Positions 21,982 to 30,744 of a DNA stretch of 32,000 bases are shown piece by piece. The number at the start of each line of letters is the position of its first letter. Position 1 is the first letter of the stretch. Both the position numbers and the translations under genes were made by a program. Under the pieces are notes generated by a model. The model made no database searches. It was not told where the DNA came from and saw nothing but the letters and a program-made list of their open reading frames with translations. Source of the DNA: Bacilli bacterium (lineage in GTDB: Bacteria > Bacillota_I > Bacilli_A > RF39 > UBA660); contig JAFRZY010000006.1 in NCBI GenBank assembly GCA_017442305.1, forward strand, positions 95,880 through 127,879, given 5' to 3'.

Positions 21982-22541
21982 AGTAAGACTTCAACCTCAT
22001 CATTATTATTTAATAAAAATGCGTTAGCGTCATCTCTATCAATATGCATTTCAAAATAACCATTTTCAGTTATTTTGACAAAAGCTGTTACTACTCCACT
22101 TTTGTCGCCGGCTATCTTTACATTAACTAGTTGATTATTAGTAACACCTAAAGATAAAGCTTTTTCTGGATTCATATGAATATGGCGATTAGCAATAATA
22201 CAAGCATTTTCTAATGTAATAGACCGATCACCATTTATTAATGTAATTTTTTCACTATTTTCTAAATCACCACTGGTTCTTACTGGTGGGTTTAAACCTA
22301 AAACATATGCATCACTTTTTGATATTTCCACTTGGTTATAATTTCTAAATGGTCCTAAAACTCTAACGTTTCCAATGCTTCCTTTTGGTGTTTTAATTGT
22401 TAATGTTTCTATAGAAGCAAATTCTCCAGGTTGATTAAGCTCATTTTTTAAAGTTAGTTCTTCATCAAATAATTCCTCATAAACTTCTTTTGTTAAATGA
22501 ACGTGACGATTACTTATTCCTACAGGTACTTTTATATTCAT
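21978..22541 (-). CDS. pduL: phosphate propanoyltransferase / phosphotransacylase, PduL family
   Basis: Duplicated SNRHVHL / ANRHIHM motifs are diagnostic of PduL. ORF track starts at TTG 22556. I prefer the ATG at 22541 after GGAG. Confidence 0.8.
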   Translation of the reverse strand: MNIKVPVGISNRHVHLTKEVYEELFDEELTLKNELNQPGEFASIETLTIKTPKGSIGNVRVLGPFRNYNQVEISKSDAYVLGLNPPVRTSGDLENSEKITLINGDRSITLENACIIANRHIHMNPEKALSLGVTNNQLVNVKIAGDKSGVVTAFVKITENGYFEMHIDRDDANAFLLNNNDEVEVLL

Positions 22542-22570
22542 TTTTATCAACTCCAAATTAATTATAATAC

Positions 22571-22595
22571 AAAAAAGAGTTTAAATAAACTCTTT
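22571..22595 (-). terminator. rho-independent terminator
   Basis: aaagagttt-aaat-aaactcttt hairpin. A T-run follows on the minus strand. It overlaps the stop at 22594. Confidence 0.6.
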
Positions 22596-23781
22596 AATCA
22601 TTTGCTAAGTTGTCAAAATATCCTTGAATGAAGACAACTGGAGTACCTTTATCCCCACTACCACTAGTTAAATCACATAAGGAACCAATTAAATCGGTTA
22701 ATCTTCTTGGAGTAGTTCCTAAAGATAAGTTTTGCCCTTTCATATTAGCATTTTTCTTCTTTATTTCTTCTTTTATGGCATTTTTTAATTCTTCACCTTT
22801 TAAATCAGCAAATTGGTTATCAGAAACATATTTTAATTTTATTTCATTAGGAGTACCTTCTAATCCGCTTGTATAAGCAGGTGATACAACTGGGTCTGCT
22901 AATTCCCAAATCTTACCTACAGGATCTTTAAAAGCACCATCCCCATATACCATGACCTCTATATTTTTACCAGTTAATTCTTTTAATTTAGTAGCAATTC
23001 TTTGAACTAATTCTGGACCAGTTTTCGGAAAAAGTTTTAACCTTTCTTCTGTTGATTTATTTGATCCTAAAAGACCATAACTTGGATTAAACCCACTATT
23101 ATTTATTGGCGAACTCATGACTTCAAAAAGACCATAAACTGTTTTTGCACCATTATTAATTAACATTTTTTTAGTATGATTTCTTGTATGAATATCACAA
23201 TTTAAAACATCTTCAGTATATTTTAAAATATCTAAAGGATTATTGGAGAAAACAAATTCAATCTCACAATTTTCACTTTCTACTAATTCTTTATAGTAAT
23301 CAACCATATTTATTCCTGTAAACGGATGCAAGAAATCACCGAAATATTTTTTATATTCTTCTTCGCTTATTATACTTCCTAAAGTAAAAGGACTATTTAA
23401 GAAATCTTCTTCATCCATTATGCCATTTCCTACTTCATCAGAAGGAAAACTAAGCAACATAGTGATTTTATCCATACCTCTAGCAATACCTTTTAATATC
23501 ATTGAAAATCTATTACGACTTAATATAGGATAAACCACTCCAATATTTTTACTTGGATATTTAGCTTGTATATCGCTAGCAATATCATCAACACTTACAA
23601 AATTACCTTCCGAAATTGCCACTACTGCTTCTGTTATTGCTACGATATCTTTATCGCGAAATTCAAAGTTTTCACTTTCTTGAGCTTTCATTAGTGATTC
23701 AACAACAATACTAGCTAAATCGTCATTTTCTTTAATAATTGGAGTCCTTATTCCTCTTACTACTGTACCTACGTTTCTCAT
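22594..23781 (-). CDS. coenzyme F420-0:L-glutamate ligase-like (CofE family) protein
   Basis: 395 aa. N-terminal VRGIRTPIIKENDDLASIV...DKDIVAITEAVVAISEG resembles the CofE/F420 ligase fold. The assignment is from motif memory only. Confidence 0.55.
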   Translation of the reverse strand: MRNVGTVVRGIRTPIIKENDDLASIVVESLMKAQESENFEFRDKDIVAITEAVVAISEGNFVSVDDIASDIQAKYPSKNIGVVYPILSRNRFSMILKGIARGMDKITMLLSFPSDEVGNGIMDEEDFLNSPFTLGSIISEEEYKKYFGDFLHPFTGINMVDYYKELVESENCEIEFVFSNNPLDILKYTEDVLNCDIHTRNHTKKMLINNGAKTVYGLFEVMSSPINNSGFNPSYGLLGSNKSTEERLKLFPKTGPELVQRIATKLKELTGKNIEVMVYGDGAFKDPVGKIWELADPVVSPAYTSGLEGTPNEIKLKYVSDNQFADLKGEELKNAIKEEIKKKNANMKGQNLSLGTTPRRLTDLIGSLCDLTSGSGDKGTPVVFIQGYFDNLAND

Positions 23782-23876
23782 ACTTCACCTCTTCTACTTT
23801 AATTATATCAAATATTGTTAGTATAAGTATATTTTTTTGTTTATAACACAAATTAATTATGAAAGGAGATACAACT

Positions 23877-24056
23877 ATGGGATGCAATAATTGTGATAAA
23901 AAAGCAGAACAAGGTCGGGCTTATATTGACCCTGATACAGGAATTCTGTGTGTTAGTTTAGAAGAAAAGTATGACAAACCAAAAGGAAAAAAAGTATTAG
24001 TACCATTTGTATGTACCGATTGCGGGAAAACCGAGTGGAAAACTATAGATAATTAA
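23877..24056 (+). CDS. small zinc-ribbon protein
   Basis: ATG at 23877 follows AAGGAG by 8 nt (ORF track start is 23859). Two CxxC pairs (CNNC ... CTDC). A strong hairpin terminator follows. Confidence 0.5.
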   Translation: MGCNNCDKKAEQGRAYIDPDTGILCVSLEEKYDKPKGKKVLVPFVCTDCGKTEWKTIDN

Positions 24057-24087
24057 AAGACTTATGTAATAAAAACATAAGTCTTTT
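24055..24087. terminator. bidirectional hairpin terminator
   Basis: 13-bp perfect stem aaaagacttatgt / acataagtctttt with a 7-nt loop and T-run, between convergent genes. Confidence 0.75.
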
Positions 24088-24088
24088 T

Positions 24089-24703
24089 TTATAGTTTTTC
24101 AATGTCAATAATTTTATTGTTATCAACAATTATTTTATAAATGTCTACCCCATTAGTAGTTCCGTCAACAATAACATTATTTTTATAATTTAGAATTAAA
24201 CGTTCATCTAAGTTATAACCAGTCTCACAATAATTTAATAGATAACTTGTTATAGCGACACTATGAGTTGCTACTAAAATATTTAAATCTTCATTATCTT
24301 TTAAAATGTCATTAATCGCATTAGTAATTCTAGTCTTAGTAGAGTTTATACTTTCTCCTCCACTTAAACGATAGTTAAAATCATGCTCTTGATGTTCTTT
24401 AAAAAAACGCAATGTTTTATCTTCAAGTAAACCAATCTTTCTTTCATTAAGTTTATTTTCTACATTTATAGTTAATTCTAACTTATCAGCAAGATATTTC
24501 GTAGTAGCTAAAGCACTTGCATACCCTGATGAATAAATTACATTGATATCCTGTAATTCTTCAAATTCTGCTAACATTTTAGCTTTTTGTTCACCTTCAA
24601 TACTAAGAGGGCGTTTTTCTCTTTTTAACTCTAAAGATTCATCACTTTTATACGCTAAATTATTTAAAACACAATTATTACTAACTAGATATAATGTTGT
24701 CAA
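24089..24703 (-). CDS. histidine phosphatase (PGAM-like) superfamily protein with a degenerate active site
   Basis: 204 aa. Overall pattern LYLV-x-x-x...SSGYASALATT...GGES...VATHSVAI matches the histidine phosphatase fold. The RHG position reads SNN. The TTG start overlaps the upstream stop codon. Confidence 0.55.
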   Translation of the reverse strand: MTTLYLVSNNCVLNNLAYKSDESLELKREKRPLSIEGEQKAKMLAEFEELQDINVIYSSGYASALATTKYLADKLELTINVENKLNERKIGLLEDKTLRFFKEHQEHDFNYRLSGGESINSTKTRITNAINDILKDNEDLNILVATHSVAITSYLLNYCETGYNLDERLILNYKNNVIVDGTTNGVDIYKIIVDNNKIIDIEKL

Positions 24704-25215
24704 TTTACTAAGCCTCCTATTATGCCGTAAGAAACAATTAACATAATAACACCTGCTGATAAAACTCCTAGAAGAATTGTTAATAATGACTTTTTCTTAT
24801 CCATATTAAGTAATGCCGCAATTAATGCACCCATCCATGCCCCAGTTCCTGGAAGAGGTACTGCGACAAATAAATATAGTCCTAAATATTTCAACTTTTC
24901 TATTTGGTCTTTTTTATTATTAGCTTTTTCTTCACACCATCTTACTACTTTACCCATAAAATTAAATTTCTTTAACCATTCAAATATTTTTGTAATAAGC
25001 CATAAGATAAACGGTATTGGTAAAATATTACCTATTACGCATATTATAAAAGCATTTATAGCGGGTACATCTAATAGTGATGCCGCAATTAAACCACCAC
25101 GCAACTCCAATATCGGAAATAAAGAAATAATAAATATTGTTAAATATTTCCCAATTAATGTTGTTCCTAAAAACGAAAAAATTCCTACAAAAATTCCTAC
25201 TATTTTTTCTGTCAT
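24700..25215 (-). CDS. small membrane protein, COG2426 / putative small multidrug export family
   Basis: 171 aa with 4-5 TM helices. The ELRGGLIAA motif is typical of this family. GAGGT RBS. Confidence 0.6.
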   Translation of the reverse strand: MTEKIVGIFVGIFSFLGTTLIGKYLTIFIISLFPILELRGGLIAASLLDVPAINAFIICVIGNILPIPFILWLITKIFEWLKKFNFMGKVVRWCEEKANNKKDQIEKLKYLGLYLFVAVPLPGTGAWMGALIAALLNMDKKKSLLTILLGVLSAGVIMLIVSYGIIGGLVN

Positions 25216-25274
25216 TTTATTACCTCAATTCTTTTTGTATTATATCATAAAATGAATATATAAAACAATATTAT

Positions 25275-25295
25275 AAAAAAAGAGCTAGTGCTCTT
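25275..25295 (-). terminator. rho-independent terminator
   Basis: aagagc-tagt-gctctt hairpin. A T-run follows on the minus strand. It overlaps the yebC stop. Confidence 0.55.
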
Positions 25296-26013
25296 AATCT
25301 AAATTAACATTATGATAAATGTCAGTTACATCATCGATATCTTCTAATAAAGCATATAATCGATTAAACAACTCTAAATCTTCGCCGGTAAGTGTTACTT
25401 TATCTCTTGCGAACATTCCAACTTCATCAAATTCATAATCAACATCAGAAATTATTTTTTCTACTACATCTTTAACTTTATTATGATCTGTCGGATTAAC
25501 ACTTATAGTAATATATCCATCTTCTGATTCAAATTCTACAGGTTCAATCCCTTCATTTAATAAAGCTTCAAATATTTCTTCCTCTTTGTTTGATTCAAAA
25601 CTCATTACAGCTAGATAATCATAGTTATACGATACAGAGTTTGTAACTCCTAAACTTTTATGAACTTTGTTAAAAGCTTCTCTTACATAACTAACTGTAC
25701 GATTTACATTATCAGTTAAAGTTTTAATAATTAAAGTTGATGCGCCAGGGCCAAACCCTTCATACACTACAGTTTGATAGTCTTCGCCACCTGCACCTTT
25801 TGCTTTATCAATTGCTCTATTTATAATATCACTAGGTACTTGTAGTTTTTTTGCTTTATCCACCATTCTTTTTAAGTCAATGTTCGAATCAATTTCTGGA
25901 ACACCTTTTTTTGCAGCTAAATAAATTTCTTTTGCAAAGTTAGAATATAATTTTGCTTTTGCTGCTCCTGTTTTTTGAATACTAGCTTTTCTTACTTCAT
26001 ATGCTCTTCCCAT
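25294..26013 (-). CDS. yebC: YebC/PmpR family DNA-binding regulator / translation factor
   Basis: 239 aa. The N-terminus MGRAYEVRKASIQKTGAAKAKLYSNFAKEI is characteristic of the family. AGGAG RBS. Confidence 0.9.
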   Translation of the reverse strand: MGRAYEVRKASIQKTGAAKAKLYSNFAKEIYLAAKKGVPEIDSNIDLKRMVDKAKKLQVPSDIINRAIDKAKGAGGEDYQTVVYEGFGPGASTLIIKTLTDNVNRTVSYVREAFNKVHKSLGVTNSVSYNYDYLAVMSFESNKEEEIFEALLNEGIEPVEFESEDGYITISVNPTDHNKVKDVVEKIISDVDYEFDEVGMFARDKVTLTGEDLELFNRLYALLEDIDDVTDIYHNVNLD

Positions 26014-26025
26014 AATCTCACTCCT

Positions 26026-27057
26026 TTATATTTTTCTTAAACTACGTATAAAGTCATATACGAAATACTTTTTAGTAGTACTTTTACGTATTTTTTTAAT
26101 AACTTTATAAGGAATATAAATATCGTAGTAATTATAGCCTTCTTTTTCCATAATATATTCTAAAGACTTGATTACAGCTTCTTTAAAATTATCTACATCA
26201 AAGAAATTATAAATACGTTTTAATAACCTCTTATTAACTTTACGACATATAAATTTATAATACGCATTAGAACGTACTTTAAATACATATTTATATCCAT
26301 CTAATTTTTTGAGCACTCTTATTGTATCATAATAACCCATTTTTATGTTATCTTTTGTAGTTTCTCCATCTAAATTTAAAATACTACCTAAATATCTAGA
26401 AGGTTCAATAACAGTTAAATCAACATTTTTAGTTAGTTTTTGGGTTACTCCAAAACTATTTAATTTAACTAAATATATTTTTTGATAGCCTTTTTTTATC
26501 AGCATATTAACCGGGCTATTATCATAAATTCCACCATCAAAATAATAATTATCATCAATTATTTTTTGCTTTTTAAAGACTGGTAAATAGCAACTAGCTA
26601 AAATATATTCTTTTAGTTTTTCTTTAGGTATATCTTCTTTATACTTTATAATAGGCTTTAAATCTTTAACACGAAAAGTCACTAACCCAAAATCTTTTTT
26701 GCTGGCATATAAAGAATCAACATCTAACACCTTATCTAGAGTTAATAACATATTTTGAACATCGATACCTTTATTTTTTAAAAGTTTTAAATAACTATTT
26801 ATAGAATTCTTTATATCCTTTAAATCTGCTTCTTTTAAATCTAAAGGCTGAATATCAAATAATTTAGCTACATCTACATTTTCCCAAAAGTCTAATAGTT
26901 CATAATGTTTGTTACTTGCTAACATCGCAGCATTAAAAGAACCAATAGAGGTACCTACAAAGCCATCAATTTTTATACCACAATCATATAATGCGATAAA
27001 AGCTCCAATTTGATAAGAGCCTCTTACACCGCCACCCTCTAGAGCTAAACCTACCAT
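26026..27057 (-). CDS. patatin-like phospholipase
   Basis: GLALEGGGVRG oxyanion motif, GTSIGS nucleophile elbow (GxSxG) and DGGIYDN catalytic Asp motif. The ATG at 27057 is preferred over the GTG at 27066. Confidence 0.85.
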   Translation of the reverse strand: MVGLALEGGGVRGSYQIGAFIALYDCGIKIDGFVGTSIGSFNAAMLASNKHYELLDFWENVDVAKLFDIQPLDLKEADLKDIKNSINSYLKLLKNKGIDVQNMLLTLDKVLDVDSLYASKKDFGLVTFRVKDLKPIIKYKEDIPKEKLKEYILASCYLPVFKKQKIIDDNYYFDGGIYDNSPVNMLIKKGYQKIYLVKLNSFGVTQKLTKNVDLTVIEPSRYLGSILNLDGETTKDNIKMGYYDTIRVLKKLDGYKYVFKVRSNAYYKFICRKVNKRLLKRIYNFFDVDNFKEAVIKSLEYIMEKEGYNYYDIYIPYKVIKKIRKSTTKKYFVYDFIRSLRKI

Positions 27058-27058
27058 C

Positions 27059-28003
27059 TTATTCACCTTTTTCTTGACGTTTTAAAAACCAAATTACAGG
27101 TTTTGCTAAAAGTTTATTTAATGTTCTATTTTTAGAACTTCTTTTTAAACGCATGTAATAAGATGCTAAAGAATCGTTTCGATAATGTAAAATGTTTTCT
27201 AAATTATCACTATCTTTGTACACGTGACAATAATAGTTTTTATCTAAAAATATTTTTGATAGGATATAATTAAAGCTTAAACCATAAATTTCTAAAACAT
27301 TAATTAACAAATCCTTGTAGGTAGTAATACAAGTTTCACCACCACCAACATTGTAAGTTTTTCCTTTTAACTTTTTATCATAATCAATTGCTTTAACTAA
27401 AGCATAAGCAACATCACGATTAGTTGTTACTTCAATAGTTTCAGTATTTACCCCATTATATATAAACTTTTCTGTTTTAGGATTAGCCAAAATAATTGGT
27501 AAACGAAATATTGTATAATTTTCTAGTCTGTTTTTTATTAATTTTTCAGTATCAAATTTTGTTTTAGTATAATAATCTGTATCATTAATACTTTCTTTTG
27601 TCTTAGTAGTTATTTCTTTACTATTTTTACCATAAATTGTTGTACTTGATGGATATATCAAATAACATGCTGGATTAAAGAAAGTAATAGAACGAATTAT
27701 ATTTTCTGTACCCTTATAATCTATAATCTTACTTAAATCTTTTTTCATATCAGCAAGAGGTGGCATAACACCTGCTAAATGAATAATATAATCATGATCT
27801 TTTACTAAAGCGTCCATTAAAATTGGATCTGATACGTCTCCATAAACAATATTAATGCGACGACGATATCTTTTTAATTTTTTATATGACCCACTATTTT
27901 TTAAATCTAGGGCCGTAATCTCATATTTACCTTCGCTTAATAAATATTTGACAGTAAATAACCCAATACTTCCAGCAGCACCAGTGACTAAAACTTTTTT
28001 CAT
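27059..28003 (-). CDS. NAD-dependent epimerase/dehydratase family (SDR) protein
   Basis: 314 aa. VLVTGAAGSIG Rossmann motif and a YxxxK-type YTKTK. GAGGTG RBS. Confidence 0.8.
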   Translation of the reverse strand: MKKVLVTGAAGSIGLFTVKYLLSEGKYEITALDLKNSGSYKKLKRYRRRINIVYGDVSDPILMDALVKDHDYIIHLAGVMPPLADMKKDLSKIIDYKGTENIIRSITFFNPACYLIYPSSTTIYGKNSKEITTKTKESINDTDYYTKTKFDTEKLIKNRLENYTIFRLPIILANPKTEKFIYNGVNTETIEVTTNRDVAYALVKAIDYDKKLKGKTYNVGGGETCITTYKDLLINVLEIYGLSFNYILSKIFLDKNYYCHVYKDSDNLENILHYRNDSLASYYMRLKRSSKNRTLNKLLAKPVIWFLKRQEKGE

Positions 28004-28013
28004 ACTTCACCTC

Positions 28014-28763
28014 TTAAATAATTAAAGATAGTAATATTATTATTACACCTGTAATTATACCACAATATATCTCTTTATGCTTGCGGTTATTATAAATTTC
28101 CGGTAAGAACTCAAAGAAAGCCAGATAAATGATCATTCCTAAAGTTAAACATGAAATAATTCCTAAGAAAAGTTCATTAATATTTCCAAATAATGATACC
28201 AAAAGAGCTCCGAAAAGACTTGATAACGCTAAGGCAGTAATTAAAACTTTATTAAAACCTTTTTTATTGCGTTCTTTCGATAATGATATAGCTATTTCAA
28301 TTCCTAAAGGTATATTGTGAAGCGCTACACCAATACACATAAATAAGCCTAGTTTTATATTGTTAGTAGCTAAGCTATAAATTGCTATTCCTTCTATAAT
28401 ATTATGCAAGAAAAGCGAAATTAATGTAACTATACCAATATGGTAAACATGAGAGTTATGTTCTTCATGAATATCTTCTTCATCTTTATGTTCATGATGA
28501 TGAGCGGGTATGAAACAGTCTAAAACTTTTAGAACACCTAACCCTCCTAAAATTAATAATATAGCAATAAAATATGTACCTTTAAAAATTTCTATAACCT
28601 CTGGAATTAGATCAAATATTATTAAATTTAACATAACCACGAAAGCTAAAGAAATAGCAAAATATGATAACTTATCTTTATTTTTTATTTTACTTGTAAT
28701 AACATATCCTATAACAAAAAACAATCCTGATATTAATGCTAAAAGTAATCCTAATAATTTCAT
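28014..28763 (-). CDS. ZIP family divalent metal transporter
   Basis: His-rich loop HHHEHKDEEDIHEEHNSH. LHNIIEGIAI and ALHNIPLGIEIA motifs of the ZIP/ZupT family. The ATG at 28763 is preferred over the TTG at 28793. Confidence 0.85.
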   Translation of the reverse strand: MKLLGLLLALISGLFFVIGYVITSKIKNKDKLSYFAISLAFVVMLNLIIFDLIPEVIEIFKGTYFIAILLILGGLGVLKVLDCFIPAHHHEHKDEEDIHEEHNSHVYHIGIVTLISLFLHNIIEGIAIYSLATNNIKLGLFMCIGVALHNIPLGIEIAISLSKERNKKGFNKVLITALALSSLFGALLVSLFGNINELFLGIISCLTLGMIIYLAFFEFLPEIYNNRKHKEIYCGIITGVIIILLSLII

Positions 28764-28798
28764 ATAATCAATCCTTTTATTCCTAAAATTCAAAGTAA

Positions 28799-28827
28799 AT
28801 TATACAAAAATGGTATCTGTTTGTCAA
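28799..28827 (-). promoter_or_regulatory. consensus sigma-A promoter for the ZIP transporter gene
   Basis: Minus strand reads TTGACA (28827-28822), a 17-nt spacer, then TATAAT (28804-28799). Confidence 0.6.
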
Positions 28828-28830
28828 TTT

Positions 28831-29970
28831 TTAATTATAAGTTTCTGTAAGTGATGCTTTAAAACTTTTACTGTCCGCAATATTTAAATACCCGTTATAG
28901 TTTTTTATAATTTCTAAACAATCTTCATTATTCTTATTAGCTTTTTTTAAGCGTTTTTTTATTCTTTTTTTTGTTTTAGCGCTAAGTAAAATATGTAATC
29001 TTTTATTCTTTAACAAAAATTTATACCCTAAAAACGGTAATCCTGATTCTAAATCATATATTTGAGTTTTATTATTAATTTTTAATTTATATTTTTTTAC
29101 TTCCTCTTCAATTGCTACTATACATTTTCTTAAAAAATCTTTATTCGGATCTATTATAACTAAATCATCCATATAACGTATATAATATTTTGCATGCAAC
29201 TTTTCCTTTATAAAATGGTCTAAATCATTCAAATAATATATTGCTAAAATTTGACTAGTCATATTCCCAATGGGCAATCCCTTGCCTTTAACATAATATG
29301 GAATGTTGTTTAACTCAGAAATCTTTAGCTTTTTCTCATTATTGCTAATTTTCATATTCATAACTGCTTTTTTTTGCTTAATTATAGTATTATAAATAAT
29401 ATTATTTACATAATCTTCATCAGTACTTTTAATCATGTTTTTTATTAATGCATATATTTCTTGATCAGCTATTAAACTTTTTAACTTATCAAGTAATATT
29501 TCATGATCAATAGAATAAAAAAACTTTTCTATATCGCATTTTAAAGCATAAATTTTTTGATTTTTATTTTTTAATTTATTAACATATTTTAAAAGATAGT
29601 TTATTGCTTCTTTAGTTCCTTTATTTTTTCTAGTTGCAACATTTGTATTAATAAGCTGAGGTTCAATAAGTGGAAATAATACATATTTACTTATTAGATG
29701 ATTAACAACTTTATCTACCATACATTCGCTCATTATTATACGTTTTTTTGGCTTAGTAATAAGAAAAATATTATATTTACTATGTTTATACGTTCTAGTT
29801 TCCAACAAATTATAAACATTGGTTAAATTACTACTAAAAAATAATTCAAATTTAAATAATTTATCTTTATTCTTTGTGTGTTTTCTTATTAAGAAATACA
29901 TTAGTTTAATTTTATTAATATCAATTAAATCAGTGTAATTAATCTGATTTTTGGTTTCTGAGAATTCCAT
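28831..29970 (-). CDS. DGR reverse transcriptase
   Basis: 379 aa. Motifs are LKCDIEKFFYSIDH (motifs 1-2), LPIGNMTSQILAIYYLNDLDHF (the (I/L/V)GxxxSQ motif 4 characteristic of DGR RTs), YIRYMDDLVII (YMDD at 29164-29175) and PFLGYKF. There are no maturase or endonuclease domains. The start overlaps avd by 32 nt. Confidence 0.9.
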   Translation of the reverse strand: MEFSETKNQINYTDLIDINKIKLMYFLIRKHTKNKDKLFKFELFFSSNLTNVYNLLETRTYKHSKYNIFLITKPKKRIIMSECMVDKVVNHLISKYVLFPLIEPQLINTNVATRKNKGTKEAINYLLKYVNKLKNKNQKIYALKCDIEKFFYSIDHEILLDKLKSLIADQEIYALIKNMIKSTDEDYVNNIIYNTIIKQKKAVMNMKISNNEKKLKISELNNIPYYVKGKGLPIGNMTSQILAIYYLNDLDHFIKEKLHAKYYIRYMDDLVIIDPNKDFLRKCIVAIEEEVKKYKLKINNKTQIYDLESGLPFLGYKFLLKNKRLHILLSAKTKKRIKKRLKKANKNNEDCLEIIKNYNGYLNIADSKSFKASLTETYN

Positions 29971-30292
29971 ACGTTATTTTCCTTATTTCCACAATAAAAT
30001 TACTACTCGATGTATATTGTTTTTTACTTATAATCTTTTTTTCATAACTTACATTCATATAATAATCTAACATTGATAACTTTACTATAATATCTTTCAA
30101 ATATTTTTCCTTAATACGTTGATTAGTATTAATATTGTAAGAAAAAATTAATTCAACTAGAATATATAAATTTTTTTCAATTGAATCAATTAACACTCTT
30201 TCTTTATTCGGAAAATTTATTAGCAAACGATTTATATAAGCAGAAGTTTTTTTTGTATTATTTAAAAGATTAAAATTATAATTCATTGACAT
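29939..30292 (-). CDS. avd: DGR accessory variability determinant (Avd-like four-helix-bundle protein)
   Basis: 117 aa, helical and basic, placed immediately upstream of and overlapping the RT. FPNKERVLIDSIEKNLYILVELI resembles the FPK-E..L..Q...A motif of the Avd / 23S-rRNA-IVS protein family. Confidence 0.7.
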   Translation of the reverse strand: MSMNYNFNLLNNTKKTSAYINRLLINFPNKERVLIDSIEKNLYILVELIFSYNINTNQRIKEKYLKDIIVKLSMLDYYMNVSYEKKIISKKQYTSSSNFIVEIRKITYGILRNQKSD

Positions 30293-30701
30293 ACTCTAAA
30301 ATACGATGATAATTATGTTTATCAGCATCTATCTTATTACTAATTTGTTTAAATAAACTTGCAAGATCTTCTGCTTTTTTCATAGCCTTTAAGGCTTTTT
30401 TAATAACACTAATATAATTATTATTTTTATTAAATGTTGTTAAAAAATAACTATCTTTCTCTATTATAAGATAATCAATGTTTAAGGATTTTAATTTTAA
30501 TTTAATTTTTTCTGCAATTGAAATAGGAAACCCCACTCTATTGTCTATTATTTTATAGCCAAACAAATAATTCATCAAAGTAGCATCTTCTAAAAAAGTA
30601 TAGAAAAAATTACCTGAATGAATTAAAACTAGGGTTTCCTTATAATTATTTTTATATGATAAATATGTATTTGCTAATTTCACAGCAAAGTCTCCTTTCA
30701 T
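30276..30701 (-). CDS. MutS domain-I-like small protein (MSL-type DGR accessory ORF)
   Basis: 141 aa. KLANTYLSYKNNYKETLVLIHSGNFFYTFLEDATLMNYLFGYKI...RVGFPISIAEKIKLKLKSLNIDYLIIEKD aligns by eye to the MutS N-terminal mismatch-binding domain (MMQQYL..K..YPD.ILFFRMGDFYELF.DDA...L.I.LT...IPMAGVP......Y...L...G..VAICEQ). The true start may be GTG 30683, 8 nt after AAGGAG, because no RBS precedes the ATG at 30701. Confidence 0.6.
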   Translation of the reverse strand: MKGDFAVKLANTYLSYKNNYKETLVLIHSGNFFYTFLEDATLMNYLFGYKIIDNRVGFPISIAEKIKLKLKSLNIDYLIIEKDSYFLTTFNKNNNYISVIKKALKAMKKAEDLASLFKQISNKIDADKHNYHRILEYVNEL

Positions 30702-30717
30702 TTAAAATATAGCAATA

Positions 30718-30744
30718 GTCACATAACTAAAAAAGTTATGTGAC
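30718..30744 (-). ncRNA. perfect 10-bp hairpin in the TR-to-accessory-gene spacer (candidate structural element of the DGR RNA)
   Basis: gtcacataac (30718-30727), loop taaaaaa, gttatgtgac (30735-30744). It lies 17 nt upstream of the MSL ATG. No T-run follows on the minus strand, so it does not look like a terminator. Confidence 0.4.
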
